Part shown: positions 26,086-34,771 of the stretch, one piece after another
Position numbering within the stretch: position 1 is the stretch's first letter
How the letters are laid out: each line of letters begins with the position of its first letter
Source: Eubacteriales bacterium
GTDB lineage: Bacteria; Bacillota; Clostridia; Oscillospirales; CAG-382
Length of the DNA: 64,000 nt
Reading direction: 5' to 3'
Assembly: GCA_045587745.1 (NCBI GenBank)
Contig: JAZNCU010000047.1
Coordinates: forward strand, 76-64,075
Notes under the pieces: generated by a model
Told to the model about the DNA's origin: nothing
What the model saw: only the letters and a program-made list of their open reading frames with translations
Database searches by the model: none
Program-made: the position numbers and the translations under genes

Positions 26086-27078
26086 TTATGCCTCCGATTC
26101 AATACATACAGCGTGTGCGATGGATGGTATTGTCCTGCTTTGTAATGCGCTGTTTTTGTTCAGCAGTGCGCCTGTGCCGACTGTAAGAATACGCATATAT
26201 TCACCACGTTTGAGCTTTGGAATGAGATATCCGCCGAGTACGGTTGCAAGGCATCCGCATCCCGAACCGCCCGAGTGCATATCCTGTGCCTCGGAATCGT
26301 ATATCAGCCTGCCGCTATCCTCGTATTTTCCGTGCATTATCATATCCTTGCGCTCAAACAGCTCGCAGGCTATCGAATGACCCTCGTGCCCGAGATCTCC
26401 CGTGATGATAAGATCAAAATCATCAATCTTATATCTGCTCATCTTGAAATAGCGTTCAATCGTATCAACTGCGGCTCCTGCCATAGCCGCACCCATATTG
26501 TTCGCATCGCTTATTCCGCGGTCAATAATTCTACCGATTGTTGCTTCGGTAATCTTTATTCCTGTCTTTTCGCTTGTCAAATAAAATGCGCCGCATCCTG
26601 TGACCGTGTTTTGCGCATCGGGAGTGCGTGAGTTTCCGTATTCCAAAGGAAACCGATATTGACGCTCGGCGGTGCAGTAATGGGAGAGCGCAAAGCAAAC
26701 CGCGTTGCTCGTTTTGCCGCTGTCAACAAATACTCCGCCGCATAACAGCGACTCGGCAACCGTTGAACATGCGCCGTACAGTCCGAGGAAGGGGATATCC
26801 GTGCCGTTGACTGCAAAGCTCGTTCCGGTGCATTGTGAAGTAAGATCCCCGCCAAGTATCAGCTCTGTCTGCTCGTGCGTTTTGTTTGCTTTTGAAAACA
26901 GAATATTGAGGCATCTTCTTGCCATCTCGGATTCCGCTTTTTCAAAGCTGTCCTGTCCAAAATATTCATCGTACTCGCAAAGGTCAAAGCAATTTCCGAG
27001 AGGTCCGTCCGCCTCTTTTTTGCCTACAACCGTTGCTGCTGTCAGAATATTGCAGTTGTTGTATTTTATCATCTTCAT
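26086..27078 (-). CDS. spoVAD: Stage V sporulation protein AD
   Basis: 330 aa, thiolase-like. Typical N-terminus (VVGKKEADGPLGNCFD) and LTVGTGALL near the C-terminus. Sits between spoVAC and spoVAEb. Confidence 0.9.
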   Translation of the reverse strand: MKMIKYNNCNILTAATVVGKKEADGPLGNCFDLCEYDEYFGQDSFEKAESEMARRCLNILFSKANKTHEQTELILGGDLTSQCTGTSFAVNGTDIPFLGLYGACSTVAESLLCGGVFVDSGKTSNAVCFALSHYCTAERQYRFPLEYGNSRTPDAQNTVTGCGAFYLTSEKTGIKITEATIGRIIDRGISDANNMGAAMAGAAVDTIERYFKMSRYKIDDFDLIITGDLGHEGHSIACELFERKDMIMHGKYEDSGRLIYDSEAQDMHSGGSGCGCLATVLGGYLIPKLKRGEYMRILTVGTGALLNKNSALQSRTIPSIAHAVCIESEA

Positions 27079-27515
27079 TATATCACCCCGAATAACCAGT
27101 AAATAAACCCGTAAATAACACTTGCAACCGTTCCGTATACTATAACGGGACCTGCAATACTGAACATGCTTGCGCCAACCCCCGTAACAAACCCCTCGGT
27201 TTTTGCTTCTATCGCCGCCGATGCCATTGCGTTGGAAAATCCCGTTATTGGAACAAGAGTGCCTGCACCTGCGTGTTTTGCAATTTTGTCAAAAATACCG
27301 ATGCCCGTAAGCAGACCTGCTATAAAAATGAGAGTCAGCGATGCATAGAGCAGAGCATCACTTTCAGCGGCGCCAAGCCTTAAACACAGCTGTGCGATAG
27401 CTTCTCCGAGCATACATATAATGCCTCCGAAGAAAAATGCTTTCAGACAGTTAGTAAAACAAGGGGAGGACTTTGAATGCTTGCTTGCGATTTCTTGATA
27501 ATCTTTGTTATTCAT
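27078..27515 (-). CDS. spoVAC: Stage V sporulation protein AC
   Basis: 145-aa four-TM protein (AFFFGGIICMLGE...AGTLVPITGFSNAM). Its stop overlaps the spoVAD start. Confidence 0.9.
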   Translation of the reverse strand: MNNKDYQEIASKHSKSSPCFTNCLKAFFFGGIICMLGEAIAQLCLRLGAAESDALLYASLTLIFIAGLLTGIGIFDKIAKHAGAGTLVPITGFSNAMASAAIEAKTEGFVTGVGASMFSIAGPVIVYGTVASVIYGFIYWLFGVI

Positions 27516-27578
27516 AGTTAAACTCCGTAATGATTTGATATAATTTTGTGCTCTTTTGCTGAAATTATACTGCTATAC

Positions 27579-27607
27579 TTGACAATACGATAAAAATTGT
27601 TTATAAT
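27579..27607 (+). promoter_or_regulatory. Consensus sigma-A promoter for the acyl-ligase/ACP pair
   Basis: TTGACA (27579-27584), 17-nt spacer, TATAAT (27602-27607). Confidence 0.65.
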
Positions 27608-27634
27608 TAAAAGTAATTTGAAAGGAGTATTGCT

Positions 27635-29350
27635 TTGAAGAAGATTGAGATATCAAATAGATTTACTATGCCTGCAAGCATAAGGGAAATGCTCAGCGTT
27701 ACCTGCGAAAAGTACGGCGATAAGATTGCTTATAAAAGTTATTCTGCTTCAAATACACTTGTCGAGATGACATACAAACAGGTTCTGTCATCATATAATT
27801 CTCTCGGCACTGCGATTGCCTCTCTTGATTTTTTCAAAGAGAAGATTTGCATCCTCTCCGAAAACAGACCCGAGTGGATGATTGCCTATATGGCGATTAT
27901 CGGGGGAGGAAATACAGTTATTCCTCTTGATAAGGAGCTCCTTCCCAATCAGATCGAAAACTTTATCAATTATTCCGAGGCAGCCGCAATATTCTGCTCC
28001 GAGAAGTACCTGCCCAAGGTGCTTGAGATGAACATTCCCGGTGTGAGGCTTATTGCTTGCTTTGATGCTAACGAATGCGCCGATGTACGCGTTAAGGAGT
28101 ACAGCGCACTTTTAGCAAAAGGTGAGAAGCTTCTTGCAGCCGGTGATATCCGATTCACAAAGGCACGCTACAACACCTCAAAGCTTTCTGCGCTCATCTT
28201 TACCTCCGGTACTACCGGTGTAAGCAAGGGTGTTATGCTTTCGGAGGAGAATATTCTCACAAGTATGACTGCGTCTGCAAATATGATCAATGTCCCCAGC
28301 GACAGCGTTCTTATCAGTGTGCTTCCCATGCACCATACCTATGAGACGTGTTGCGGTCAGCTTGCCGCATTGATGCTCGGAGTTACGATTTGCATCAATA
28401 ACAGCCTTAAATACTTTATGCGCAACCTCAAGCTTTTCCGCCCCACTACTATGGTCGTTGTTCCGCTGTTTGTCACAACGATACGCAAAAAGATTCAGGA
28501 TGAGATCAAAGCTAAGGGAAAGGAAAAGGTTGTTAATATCGGTGTAAAGGCAACCAAAGCACTTTCCAAGGTCGGCGTAGATGCACGCAAGGTAGTGTTT
28601 GGCGAGATCACCAAAGCGCTTGGCGGACGTCTTACCAATATTATCTGCGGCGGCGCACCTCTTGATCCTGAGTGTGTTGACTGGTTCGGCGATTTTGGTA
28701 TCAAAGTTTCACAGGGCTACGGTATTACCGAGTGCTCACCTCTCGTTTCGGTAAATCCTCTTATTACCAAAAATCCTGCATCTGTCGGTGTTCCCATTCC
28801 CGGTAGCCGTGTTAAGATCATTGATGAGGATGAGAATGGTAACGAATATGACGTTGAAATCGGTGGAATAGGTGAGATTTGCGTAAAAGGCAGTCACGTA
28901 ATGCTCGGTTACTACAACGCTCCCGAGGTTACCGCTTCGGCATTTACCGAGGAGGGCTTCTTCCGCACGGGAGATTACGGCTATGTTGATGAGGACGGTC
29001 TTCTGTATATCACCGGTCGTAAAAAGAATATTATAGTTCTCAATAACGGCAAAAACGTTTATCCCGAGGAAATTGAGGAATATCTTTATAAAAACCCCCT
29101 TATTAAGGAATGCGTTGTTGTCGGCAGAACAAAGGATTCGGGTGAGGTTGTTCTTACCGCTCTTATTTATCCTGATTTTGACAAGTTTAACGGTGCTGCC
29201 GATGAGGTTATCATCAGCCGTATCAAATCCGAGATTGCCGAGATTAACAAGGGCCTTGCATCATTTAAGCAGATCCGCAATATTGAACTCCGCAAAAATG
29301 AGTTCGAGAAAACTACTACTCAAAAGATTATCAGATATAAACTTTCATAA
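27635..29350 (+). CDS. AMP-forming long-chain fatty acid ligase (FadD/Aas-like)
   Basis: AMP-binding motif FTSGTTGVSKGVMLS, plus GYGITE and TGD...GRKKNII motifs. TTG start 7 nt after AAAGGAG. Confidence 0.85.
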   Translation: MKKIEISNRFTMPASIREMLSVTCEKYGDKIAYKSYSASNTLVEMTYKQVLSSYNSLGTAIASLDFFKEKICILSENRPEWMIAYMAIIGGGNTVIPLDKELLPNQIENFINYSEAAAIFCSEKYLPKVLEMNIPGVRLIACFDANECADVRVKEYSALLAKGEKLLAAGDIRFTKARYNTSKLSALIFTSGTTGVSKGVMLSEENILTSMTASANMINVPSDSVLISVLPMHHTYETCCGQLAALMLGVTICINNSLKYFMRNLKLFRPTTMVVVPLFVTTIRKKIQDEIKAKGKEKVVNIGVKATKALSKVGVDARKVVFGEITKALGGRLTNIICGGAPLDPECVDWFGDFGIKVSQGYGITECSPLVSVNPLITKNPASVGVPIPGSRVKIIDEDENGNEYDVEIGGIGEICVKGSHVMLGYYNAPEVTASAFTEEGFFRTGDYGYVDEDGLLYITGRKKNIIVLNNGKNVYPEEIEEYLYKNPLIKECVVVGRTKDSGEVVLTALIYPDFDKFNGAADEVIISRIKSEIAEINKGLASFKQIRNIELRKNEFEKTTTQKIIRYKLS

Positions 29351-29362
29351 GAGGTAATTATT

Positions 29363-29593
29363 ATGTTGGAAAAACTTAAAGCAATCCTCGTTGAGGAAAT
29401 GGACATTGAAGCGTCTGCCATCGTTTCCGAAGCTGAGCTTATGAATGATCTCGGCTTTAACTCTCTTGAGCTTGCCGATCTGGTTGTTCTCTGCGAAGAA
29501 AGATTTGGTATTATTTTTGATGAATCCGATCTTCCCACTCTTCTTACTGTGGGCGACGTTGTTGCTTACCTTGAGGCGAAAACACAAGCATAA
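29363..29593 (+). CDS. Acyl carrier protein-like protein
   Basis: 76 aa. Phosphopantetheine-site context DLGFNSLELADLV. Starts 12 nt after the ligase stop. Confidence 0.8.
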   Translation: MLEKLKAILVEEMDIEASAIVSEAELMNDLGFNSLELADLVVLCEERFGIIFDESDLPTLLTVGDVVAYLEAKTQA

Positions 29594-29611
29594 CTTAAAA
29601 GGGCTGTCGTT

Positions 29612-29647
29612 GGCGTTGTATCCCCTTCGGATACAACGCCGGTTTTA
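29612..29647 (+). terminator. Rho-independent terminator after the ACP gene
   Basis: Stem GGCGTTGTATCC / GGATACAACGCC followed by GGTTTTATT. Confidence 0.7.
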
Positions 29648-29664
29648 TTCGCGTTATGGCGAGT

Positions 29665-29781
29665 TCTATTGCTTCGCAGTGGTATTTGGACTAAAGCCCA
29701 AGTGATATTGCCCGCGGCAGTTTATAGGCGAATAAAATATCGCTAAAACCGCAAGGCTTTAATTTCACTTGACCGCAAGTT
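29665..29781. repeat. Array of about six short hairpins separated by (A/T)ATATC-like spacers
   Basis: Hairpins: ATTGC-ttc-GCAGT 29668-29680; TTGG..CCAA 29686-29701; ATTGCC-cgc-GGCAGT 29707-29721; TTTAT..ATAAA 29721-29736; TAAAACC-gcaa-GGCTTTA 29744-29761; ACTTG-accg-CAAGT 29767-29780. Confidence 0.5.
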
Positions 29782-29809
29782 CAAATATCGGTATATGACA
29801 AAAGTAAAA

Positions 29810-29838
29810 GAAGCACGAAAATTTCGTGCTTCTTTTTT
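29810..29838 (+). terminator. Second terminator, downstream of the hairpin array
   Basis: Stem GAAGCACG / CGTGCTTC, loop AAAATTT, then TTTTTT. An A-run upstream means it could act in both directions. Confidence 0.7.
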
Positions 29839-29899
29839 GCTGTCCTTAAGTATGTCTCCCTTACGGCAGCCCTTTTGGTTTGTTGTCAGTTAATATCTG

Positions 29900-29928
29900 T
29901 TGACTTTTACGGCAGGATGAGGTATCAT
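29900..29928 (+). promoter_or_regulatory. Sigma-A-type promoter for the lyxose isomerase gene
   Basis: TTGACT, 17-nt spacer, TATCAT. Confidence 0.55.
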
Positions 29929-29994
29929 TTAGTAAAAAGAAATACTTGGTTTGTTGCGTACCGTACGCCAAATTTAACCATTAGGAGATTTTAT

Positions 29995-30672
29995 ATGAAG
30001 CGTTCCGAAATCAACAAATTGATACTTGAGAATATCGACTTCATCAAGTCCATGGGCTTTAATCTGCCTCCATTTGCATTTTTTACGCCCGAGCAGTGGG
30101 CAGAAAAGGGAAGTGAATACGATGAGATCCGTGAAAATATGCTGGGCTGGGACGTAACCGATTACGGACACGGTGATTTTGATAGGATCGGACTGTTTCT
30201 GTTTACGGTGCGTAACGGCAATCTTAAAAAGAATACCGTCAAAACCTATGCCGAGAAGCTACTGATCTCTGACGAGGATCAGTACAGCCCGATGCACTTT
30301 CACTTTACAAAGACAGAGGATATTATTAACCGTGGCGGCGGAAATCTGATTATTGAGGTGTATAACGCAACCGAGGACGACAGGCTTGCCGATACAGACG
30401 TTACCGTTAACTGCGACGGACGCTGCTACACCGTACCTGCCGGTACAAAGCTCAGGCTCGCTCCCGGTGAGAGCATTACTCTTCCGCCCAGACAGTATCA
30501 CGCATTCTGGGCAGAGAAGGGAAGCGGCAAGGTGCTTATCGGTGAGGTCTCCTCGGTAAACGATGACAATATCGACAACCGCTTTTACGAGCCGCAGGGA
30601 CGTTTTCCCACTATCGAAGAGGACGAGGCTCCTGTTTACTACCTCTGCAACGAGTACCCAAAGGCAAAATAA
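29995..30672 (+). CDS. D-lyxose/D-mannose family sugar isomerase (cupin)
   Basis: Start moved to ATG 29995 after AGGAG. Collinear with the E. coli O157 D-lyxose isomerase as I remember it (LPPFAFF, MHFHxxKxEDIINRGGGNL, GEVSSVNDD, LCNEY). Confidence 0.88.
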   Translation: MKRSEINKLILENIDFIKSMGFNLPPFAFFTPEQWAEKGSEYDEIRENMLGWDVTDYGHGDFDRIGLFLFTVRNGNLKKNTVKTYAEKLLISDEDQYSPMHFHFTKTEDIINRGGGNLIIEVYNATEDDRLADTDVTVNCDGRCYTVPAGTKLRLAPGESITLPPRQYHAFWAEKGSGKVLIGEVSSVNDDNIDNRFYEPQGRFPTIEEDEAPVYYLCNEYPKAK

Positions 30673-30698
30673 CGATATAATTTTTTCATCATAAAAAC

Positions 30699-30737
30699 AT
30701 AACTGCACTTTTTGGTTTTATCCAAAAGTGCAGTTAT
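30699..30737. terminator. Bidirectional terminator between convergent genes
   Basis: About 16-bp stem ATAACTGCACTTTT(T)GG / CCAAAAGTGCAGTTAT, with A-rich and T-rich flanks. Confidence 0.7.
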
Positions 30738-30747
30738 TGTTATTTTA

Positions 30748-31815
30748 TTATAAATCGAGCTTCAGGTCGCTATCCTTGATCCAACCGAGCTTGCGCATAA
30801 GCTCGCTGAAAATAAGCGTGACAACCGCAGGAAGCAGGAGGCAAACGAGCGCAAGTCCTATCCAGAACATAGTGTCTTTTTCTGCCGCTGCCGATATAAC
30901 GCCGATAGGGCCAACGAGTCCGCAGGTGCCCATTCCTGCCGCAACACCGTTATTCGTTAATTTGAACAGCATAGTTGATATAGGACCGACTATCGCTGAG
31001 GAAAGTATTGTAGGCAGCCATATAATCGGCTTTTTAATAATGTTTCCCATTTGCAGCATCGACGTGCCGAGACCCTGTGCTACAAAACCGCCAAACCTGT
31101 TAGCTCGGTAGCTCATAACCGCAAAGCCTATCATCTGACAGCAACAGCCCGCGGTTGCGGCGCCGCCCGCAAGACCTCCGATGCCGATCATTGCACAAAT
31201 TGCGGCAGAGCTGATGGGAAGCGTAAGCAAAATTCCAACAACGACCGAGACGATAATACCCATAACAAACGGATGGAGCTCGGTTGCGGTGTTTATAAAA
31301 TGTCCGAGCCAATACATACAGTATGCAATTCCCGGACAGCAGAGCATCGAGATTCCGTAACCTATACCTATCGTTACTATAGGTGTAACAAGTATATCAA
31401 CCTTTGTAGATTTATATACCAGCTTTCCGAGCTCGCAGGCAATAAGCACTGCGATAAATGCGCCTGCAGGTCCTGCGGTATAGGAAACAATGCCGTTGCC
31501 GACTGCAATCTCGGCTCCGAGATTGTAGCCTATTGCGCCTACAACGGTAGATGACAGCAAAAGCAGACCCTCGGCTTTGAGAGAAGCGGCAACTGCCACG
31601 CCGATAGCGGCACCGACAAGCATACCGTTCTTTGCAAATACGGCTATTTCAGTGAGAAATGCAATGTCAAAGCTATCGCCGATAGTACCGAGTATCGTAC
31701 CTATCAAAAGTGATGCAAAAAGTCCTTGCGCCATCGCACCCATTGCGGTGACAAAATAAGTTTTTAACGAAAGAGAAATTCCTTTTCTCTCGAGAAAACC
31801 TTTGCTATTCATCAT
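30748..31815 (-). CDS. PTS EIIC-like membrane protein (orphan; no EIIA/EIIB nearby)
   Basis: Polytopic glycine-rich membrane protein with N-terminus MMNSKGFLERKGISLSLKTY...MAQGLFASLLIGTI. Start moved to ATG 31815, 5 nt after GGAGGG (the track ORF begins at a TTG). Confidence 0.6.
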   Translation of the reverse strand: MMNSKGFLERKGISLSLKTYFVTAMGAMAQGLFASLLIGTILGTIGDSFDIAFLTEIAVFAKNGMLVGAAIGVAVAASLKAEGLLLLSSTVVGAIGYNLGAEIAVGNGIVSYTAGPAGAFIAVLIACELGKLVYKSTKVDILVTPIVTIGIGYGISMLCCPGIAYCMYWLGHFINTATELHPFVMGIIVSVVVGILLTLPISSAAICAMIGIGGLAGGAATAGCCCQMIGFAVMSYRANRFGGFVAQGLGTSMLQMGNIIKKPIIWLPTILSSAIVGPISTMLFKLTNNGVAAGMGTCGLVGPIGVISAAAEKDTMFWIGLALVCLLLPAVVTLIFSELMRKLGWIKDSDLKLDL

Positions 31816-31880
31816 ATATCCCTCCAATTAAGAGGTATTTTAGCAATGAATAGAGTAATAGTCAAGATAATTTATAAAAA

Positions 31881-32654
31881 TTACGTCATTTGTGTCCGTA
31901 CTTTTTCAAGCGCACTCTTCTCGAGCCGGCTGACCTGTGCTTGCGAAATACCTATCTCCTGCGAGACCTCGGTTTGTGTTTTTCCGCCGAAAAACCTCAT
32001 TTGAATTATTCTGCGTTCACGCTCGCCAAGGGAGGTGAGCGCATTTTTTATGGCAATATTTTCAAGCCACACCTCGTCGGTTCCCGTCTCGTCCTTTATC
32101 TGGTCAAGCAGATAAATTGAGTCTCCGCTCTCGGAATATATCGGCTCGAATATCGATATAGGCTCCAGAATGGCATCTAATGCACGTGCTACGTTTCGCT
32201 CGCTCTCACCCATTTCTTTGGCGATTTCTTCTATTGTGGGCTCGTGTGTGAGCGTGTGTGACAGCCTTTCCTTTGCGATAAGCGCTTTGTATGCAAGATC
32301 ACGCAGTGAGCGAGGTACACGTATTGCGTTATTGTCGCGAAGATACCTGCGCAGCTCCCCGATAATCATCGGTACGGCGTAGGTTGAAAATTTTACGTCA
32401 AGCGCTATATCAAAATTATCGATCGCCTTGATCAGCCCGATGCACCCTACCTGAAAAAGATCGTCGGCGCATTCGCCTCGATTTGCAAACGACTGAATTA
32501 CGCTCAGCACGAGTCTGAGATTTCCGTTTACAAGCTCCTCCCGAGCATCTTTGTCGCCCTGCTTGGTGCGTTTTAACAGCTCTGCCTTTTCACTTTCGGA
32601 AAGCACCTTCAGCCGTGCTGTGTTGACACCGCATATTTCAACCTTGTTGTACAT
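31881..32654 (-). CDS. sigG: Sporulation sigma factor SigG
   Basis: Near-collinear with B. subtilis SigG from memory (NKVEICGV, GNLRLVLSVIQ, DDLFQVGCIGL, VKFSTYAVPMIIGE(L/I)RRYLRDNN, GISQAQVSRLEK). Start at ATG 32654 after GGAGG. Confidence 0.88.
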   Translation of the reverse strand: MYNKVEICGVNTARLKVLSESEKAELLKRTKQGDKDAREELVNGNLRLVLSVIQSFANRGECADDLFQVGCIGLIKAIDNFDIALDVKFSTYAVPMIIGELRRYLRDNNAIRVPRSLRDLAYKALIAKERLSHTLTHEPTIEEIAKEMGESERNVARALDAILEPISIFEPIYSESGDSIYLLDQIKDETGTDEVWLENIAIKNALTSLGERERRIIQMRFFGGKTQTEVSQEIGISQAQVSRLEKSALEKVRTQMT

Positions 32655-32721
32655 AAAAACCTCCAAAACAGATTACACACATAGTGTGTCCGTTTCGGAG
32701 GTTCTAAAATCGTTTATTTAA

Positions 32722-34008
32722 TTATGAAACAGTAAAATCAAATGAATCGTTTTTTGAATTCTTTTCGCTGCGTATCCGTTTGAACTGACATATAAACGCT
32801 GTTCCATGCTCGGCACTGCTCGAAACCGATATTTTTCCCGAGTTTGTCTCGATAATTCGCCGAGCTATCGAAAGCCCAAGCCCGTAACCGCCTTCACTGC
32901 TTGTCCGTGATGCATCGGCACGGTAAAAACGGTCAAACAGCTTGGGGATGTCATCCTTTGGGATAGGGTTACCCGAGTTGAACACCGATATGCTTGCTTT
33001 GTCGTTGTCGGTATCTATCCTCAGCTCAATGCTTCCGCCGTCATTTGAATACTTAACAGCGTTGTCAAGCAATATATTTATGAGCTGACGTATTGAACCG
33101 GAATTTGCAAAAATCTTAACTCCCGGCTCTATCGAGATACGGAACTGCTTTCCTTTTTCAAAGCAGAGGCTCTCAAACGGCAGGCCAACAGAGTAGGCAA
33201 GCTCGCTGAGATCGATCGTTTCGGCTTGGTCAACACTAAGGCTTTCGTCGGTTTTTGCCAGGTAAAGCATTCCACCTACAAGCGCACTCATTCTGTTGCA
33301 CTCGTCCTTGATGTAGTTCAGCCACTTTTTTTGATCTTCGATCGTCGAGCCCTCGTTGGCGAGCATAATATCTGCGTTTGCCGATATGACCGTAATAGGT
33401 GTTTTTAACTCGTGTGACACGTCCGAAACCAATTGCTTTTGCTGTTCCCAGGATTTTTCAACCGGCTTGACGGCAATTCGTGCTATCCAGATGCTTATCA
33501 GCAGGAAAGCAAGCAGAGTTATTGCGCCGACTGCGATAAACGAAATAATGACGATCCTCAGCCGTTGCTCCTCGCCTGCGGTATCGGTAAGCACAATGCG
33601 CTTTCCGAGCACTGTCTTGACATAATAGTACCTCATTCCGTATTGCTCAAGCAGACCTTTGTTTTTGCCCGACATGTTTACGGAGCTGATTATGCCGTTA
33701 ATGCGTTGTTTGGTTTCGTCGGTAAGATTATCAACGTCGCCGAATCCGTCGATATAACAGGTGTTACTGCGCTCATCAATATCGATAATATATGCATTGA
33801 GATCACTGCTATGCCGATCGTCAAACGTGCCATCCAAAAGGTAGTTGGGCATCCTTCCGCTTGTGGCAATCGATTCAAGTGTTTTGTAGCTGAGCTGTGC
33901 AACAGACTGCGAAAAAATAACATAGCAGGCTACAAAGCCGATAACCACAACAACTGTTACGAGCACCATATTCGTTATAATAAATTTTAATCTGAGACGT
34001 TTAATCAA
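32722..34008 (-). CDS. Sensor histidine kinase
   Basis: Two TM helices, H-box SHELKTPIT, and ATPase N and G boxes (LLDNAVKYS, GYGLGLSIARRI). Confidence 0.88.
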   Translation of the reverse strand: MIKRLRLKFIITNMVLVTVVVVIGFVACYVIFSQSVAQLSYKTLESIATSGRMPNYLLDGTFDDRHSSDLNAYIIDIDERSNTCYIDGFGDVDNLTDETKQRINGIISSVNMSGKNKGLLEQYGMRYYYVKTVLGKRIVLTDTAGEEQRLRIVIISFIAVGAITLLAFLLISIWIARIAVKPVEKSWEQQKQLVSDVSHELKTPITVISANADIMLANEGSTIEDQKKWLNYIKDECNRMSALVGGMLYLAKTDESLSVDQAETIDLSELAYSVGLPFESLCFEKGKQFRISIEPGVKIFANSGSIRQLINILLDNAVKYSNDGGSIELRIDTDNDKASISVFNSGNPIPKDDIPKLFDRFYRADASRTSSEGGYGLGLSIARRIIETNSGKISVSSSAEHGTAFICQFKRIRSEKNSKNDSFDFTVS

Positions 34009-34017
34009 GAGTTAACC

Positions 34018-34689
34018 TCACGTAATTTCAAGGTGATAACCGATCTTGCGAACAGTGGAAATAACGACCTTTGATTTGAGAAAGACGAGCTTTTTGCGTA
34101 AAAAGGATATGTATACCTCTACGTTATTATCCTCAACGTCGGACAGGTATCCCCAAACCCTTGTAATTATATCGTCCTTTGAAAATATCTGGTTTGGGGC
34201 AGACATCAGCAGCTTCATTATTTCAAATTCCTTGTACCCCAGCCGGATTGACAGCTCGCCGCAGGAGAGCGTGCAACTGGTGATGCTAAGAGTAATGTCG
34301 CCAACGCTTAGCTCATCAATTATGACCTCGCCTGTCCTGCGCGATAGTGCGCGAATGCGGGCAAGCAGCTCATCTGTCGAAAACGGTTTTGTGAGATAGT
34401 CGTCTGCACCGCAATCAAGCCCCTTGACCTTGTCGGTCACCTCATCACGTGCCGTAAGCAGAAGCACAGGCGTGCTGATTCGTTTGGAACGAAGCTCCCT
34501 AACCACGTCAAAGCCGTTCATTTTTGGAAGCATGATATCAAGCACTATCACGTCGTAAATACCGCTTTCGGCATAATAAAGCCCGTCAGCGCCGTCATAT
34601 ACGGTGTCGCAGGTATATTTGTTCGAGCGTAGTATCTCGGCTATGCTGTCGGCAAGCCTTTTTTCGTCGTCAACCACAAGAACGTTCAA
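34018..34689 (-). CDS. OmpR-family response regulator
   Basis: Receiver domain (VLVVDDE...DVIVLDIMLP...K) plus a winged-helix output domain (LTxxEFEIMKLL, VEVYISFLRKK). Confidence 0.92.
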   Translation of the reverse strand: MNVLVVDDEKRLADSIAEILRSNKYTCDTVYDGADGLYYAESGIYDVIVLDIMLPKMNGFDVVRELRSKRISTPVLLLTARDEVTDKVKGLDCGADDYLTKPFSTDELLARIRALSRRTGEVIIDELSVGDITLSITSCTLSCGELSIRLGYKEFEIMKLLMSAPNQIFSKDDIITRVWGYLSDVEDNNVEVYISFLRKKLVFLKSKVVISTVRKIGYHLEIT

Positions 34690-34771
34690 CTATATCACCT
34701 CGGATATATTATAACCTTTCGGCTTAAATTCGTCTTAATTCAAAATGGCGGAGCAAGTCCGCCATAATGAT

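Noticed and set aside
27516-27634. Sigma-G/sigma-F-type promoter for spoVAC, and likewise for sigG at 32655-32721.
   Set aside because: I expected GHATR-N17/18-CATNNTA-like elements but could not find a convincing match by eye on the minus strand, so no promoter was annotated.
29665-29781. Hairpin arrays (here and at 63887-63997) interpreted as CRISPR arrays.
   Set aside because: The conserved element is only a 7-9-nt A/T-rich spacer. The palindromic units differ from each other and the period is 20-29 nt. There are no cas genes or leader, so this is not CRISPR architecture.
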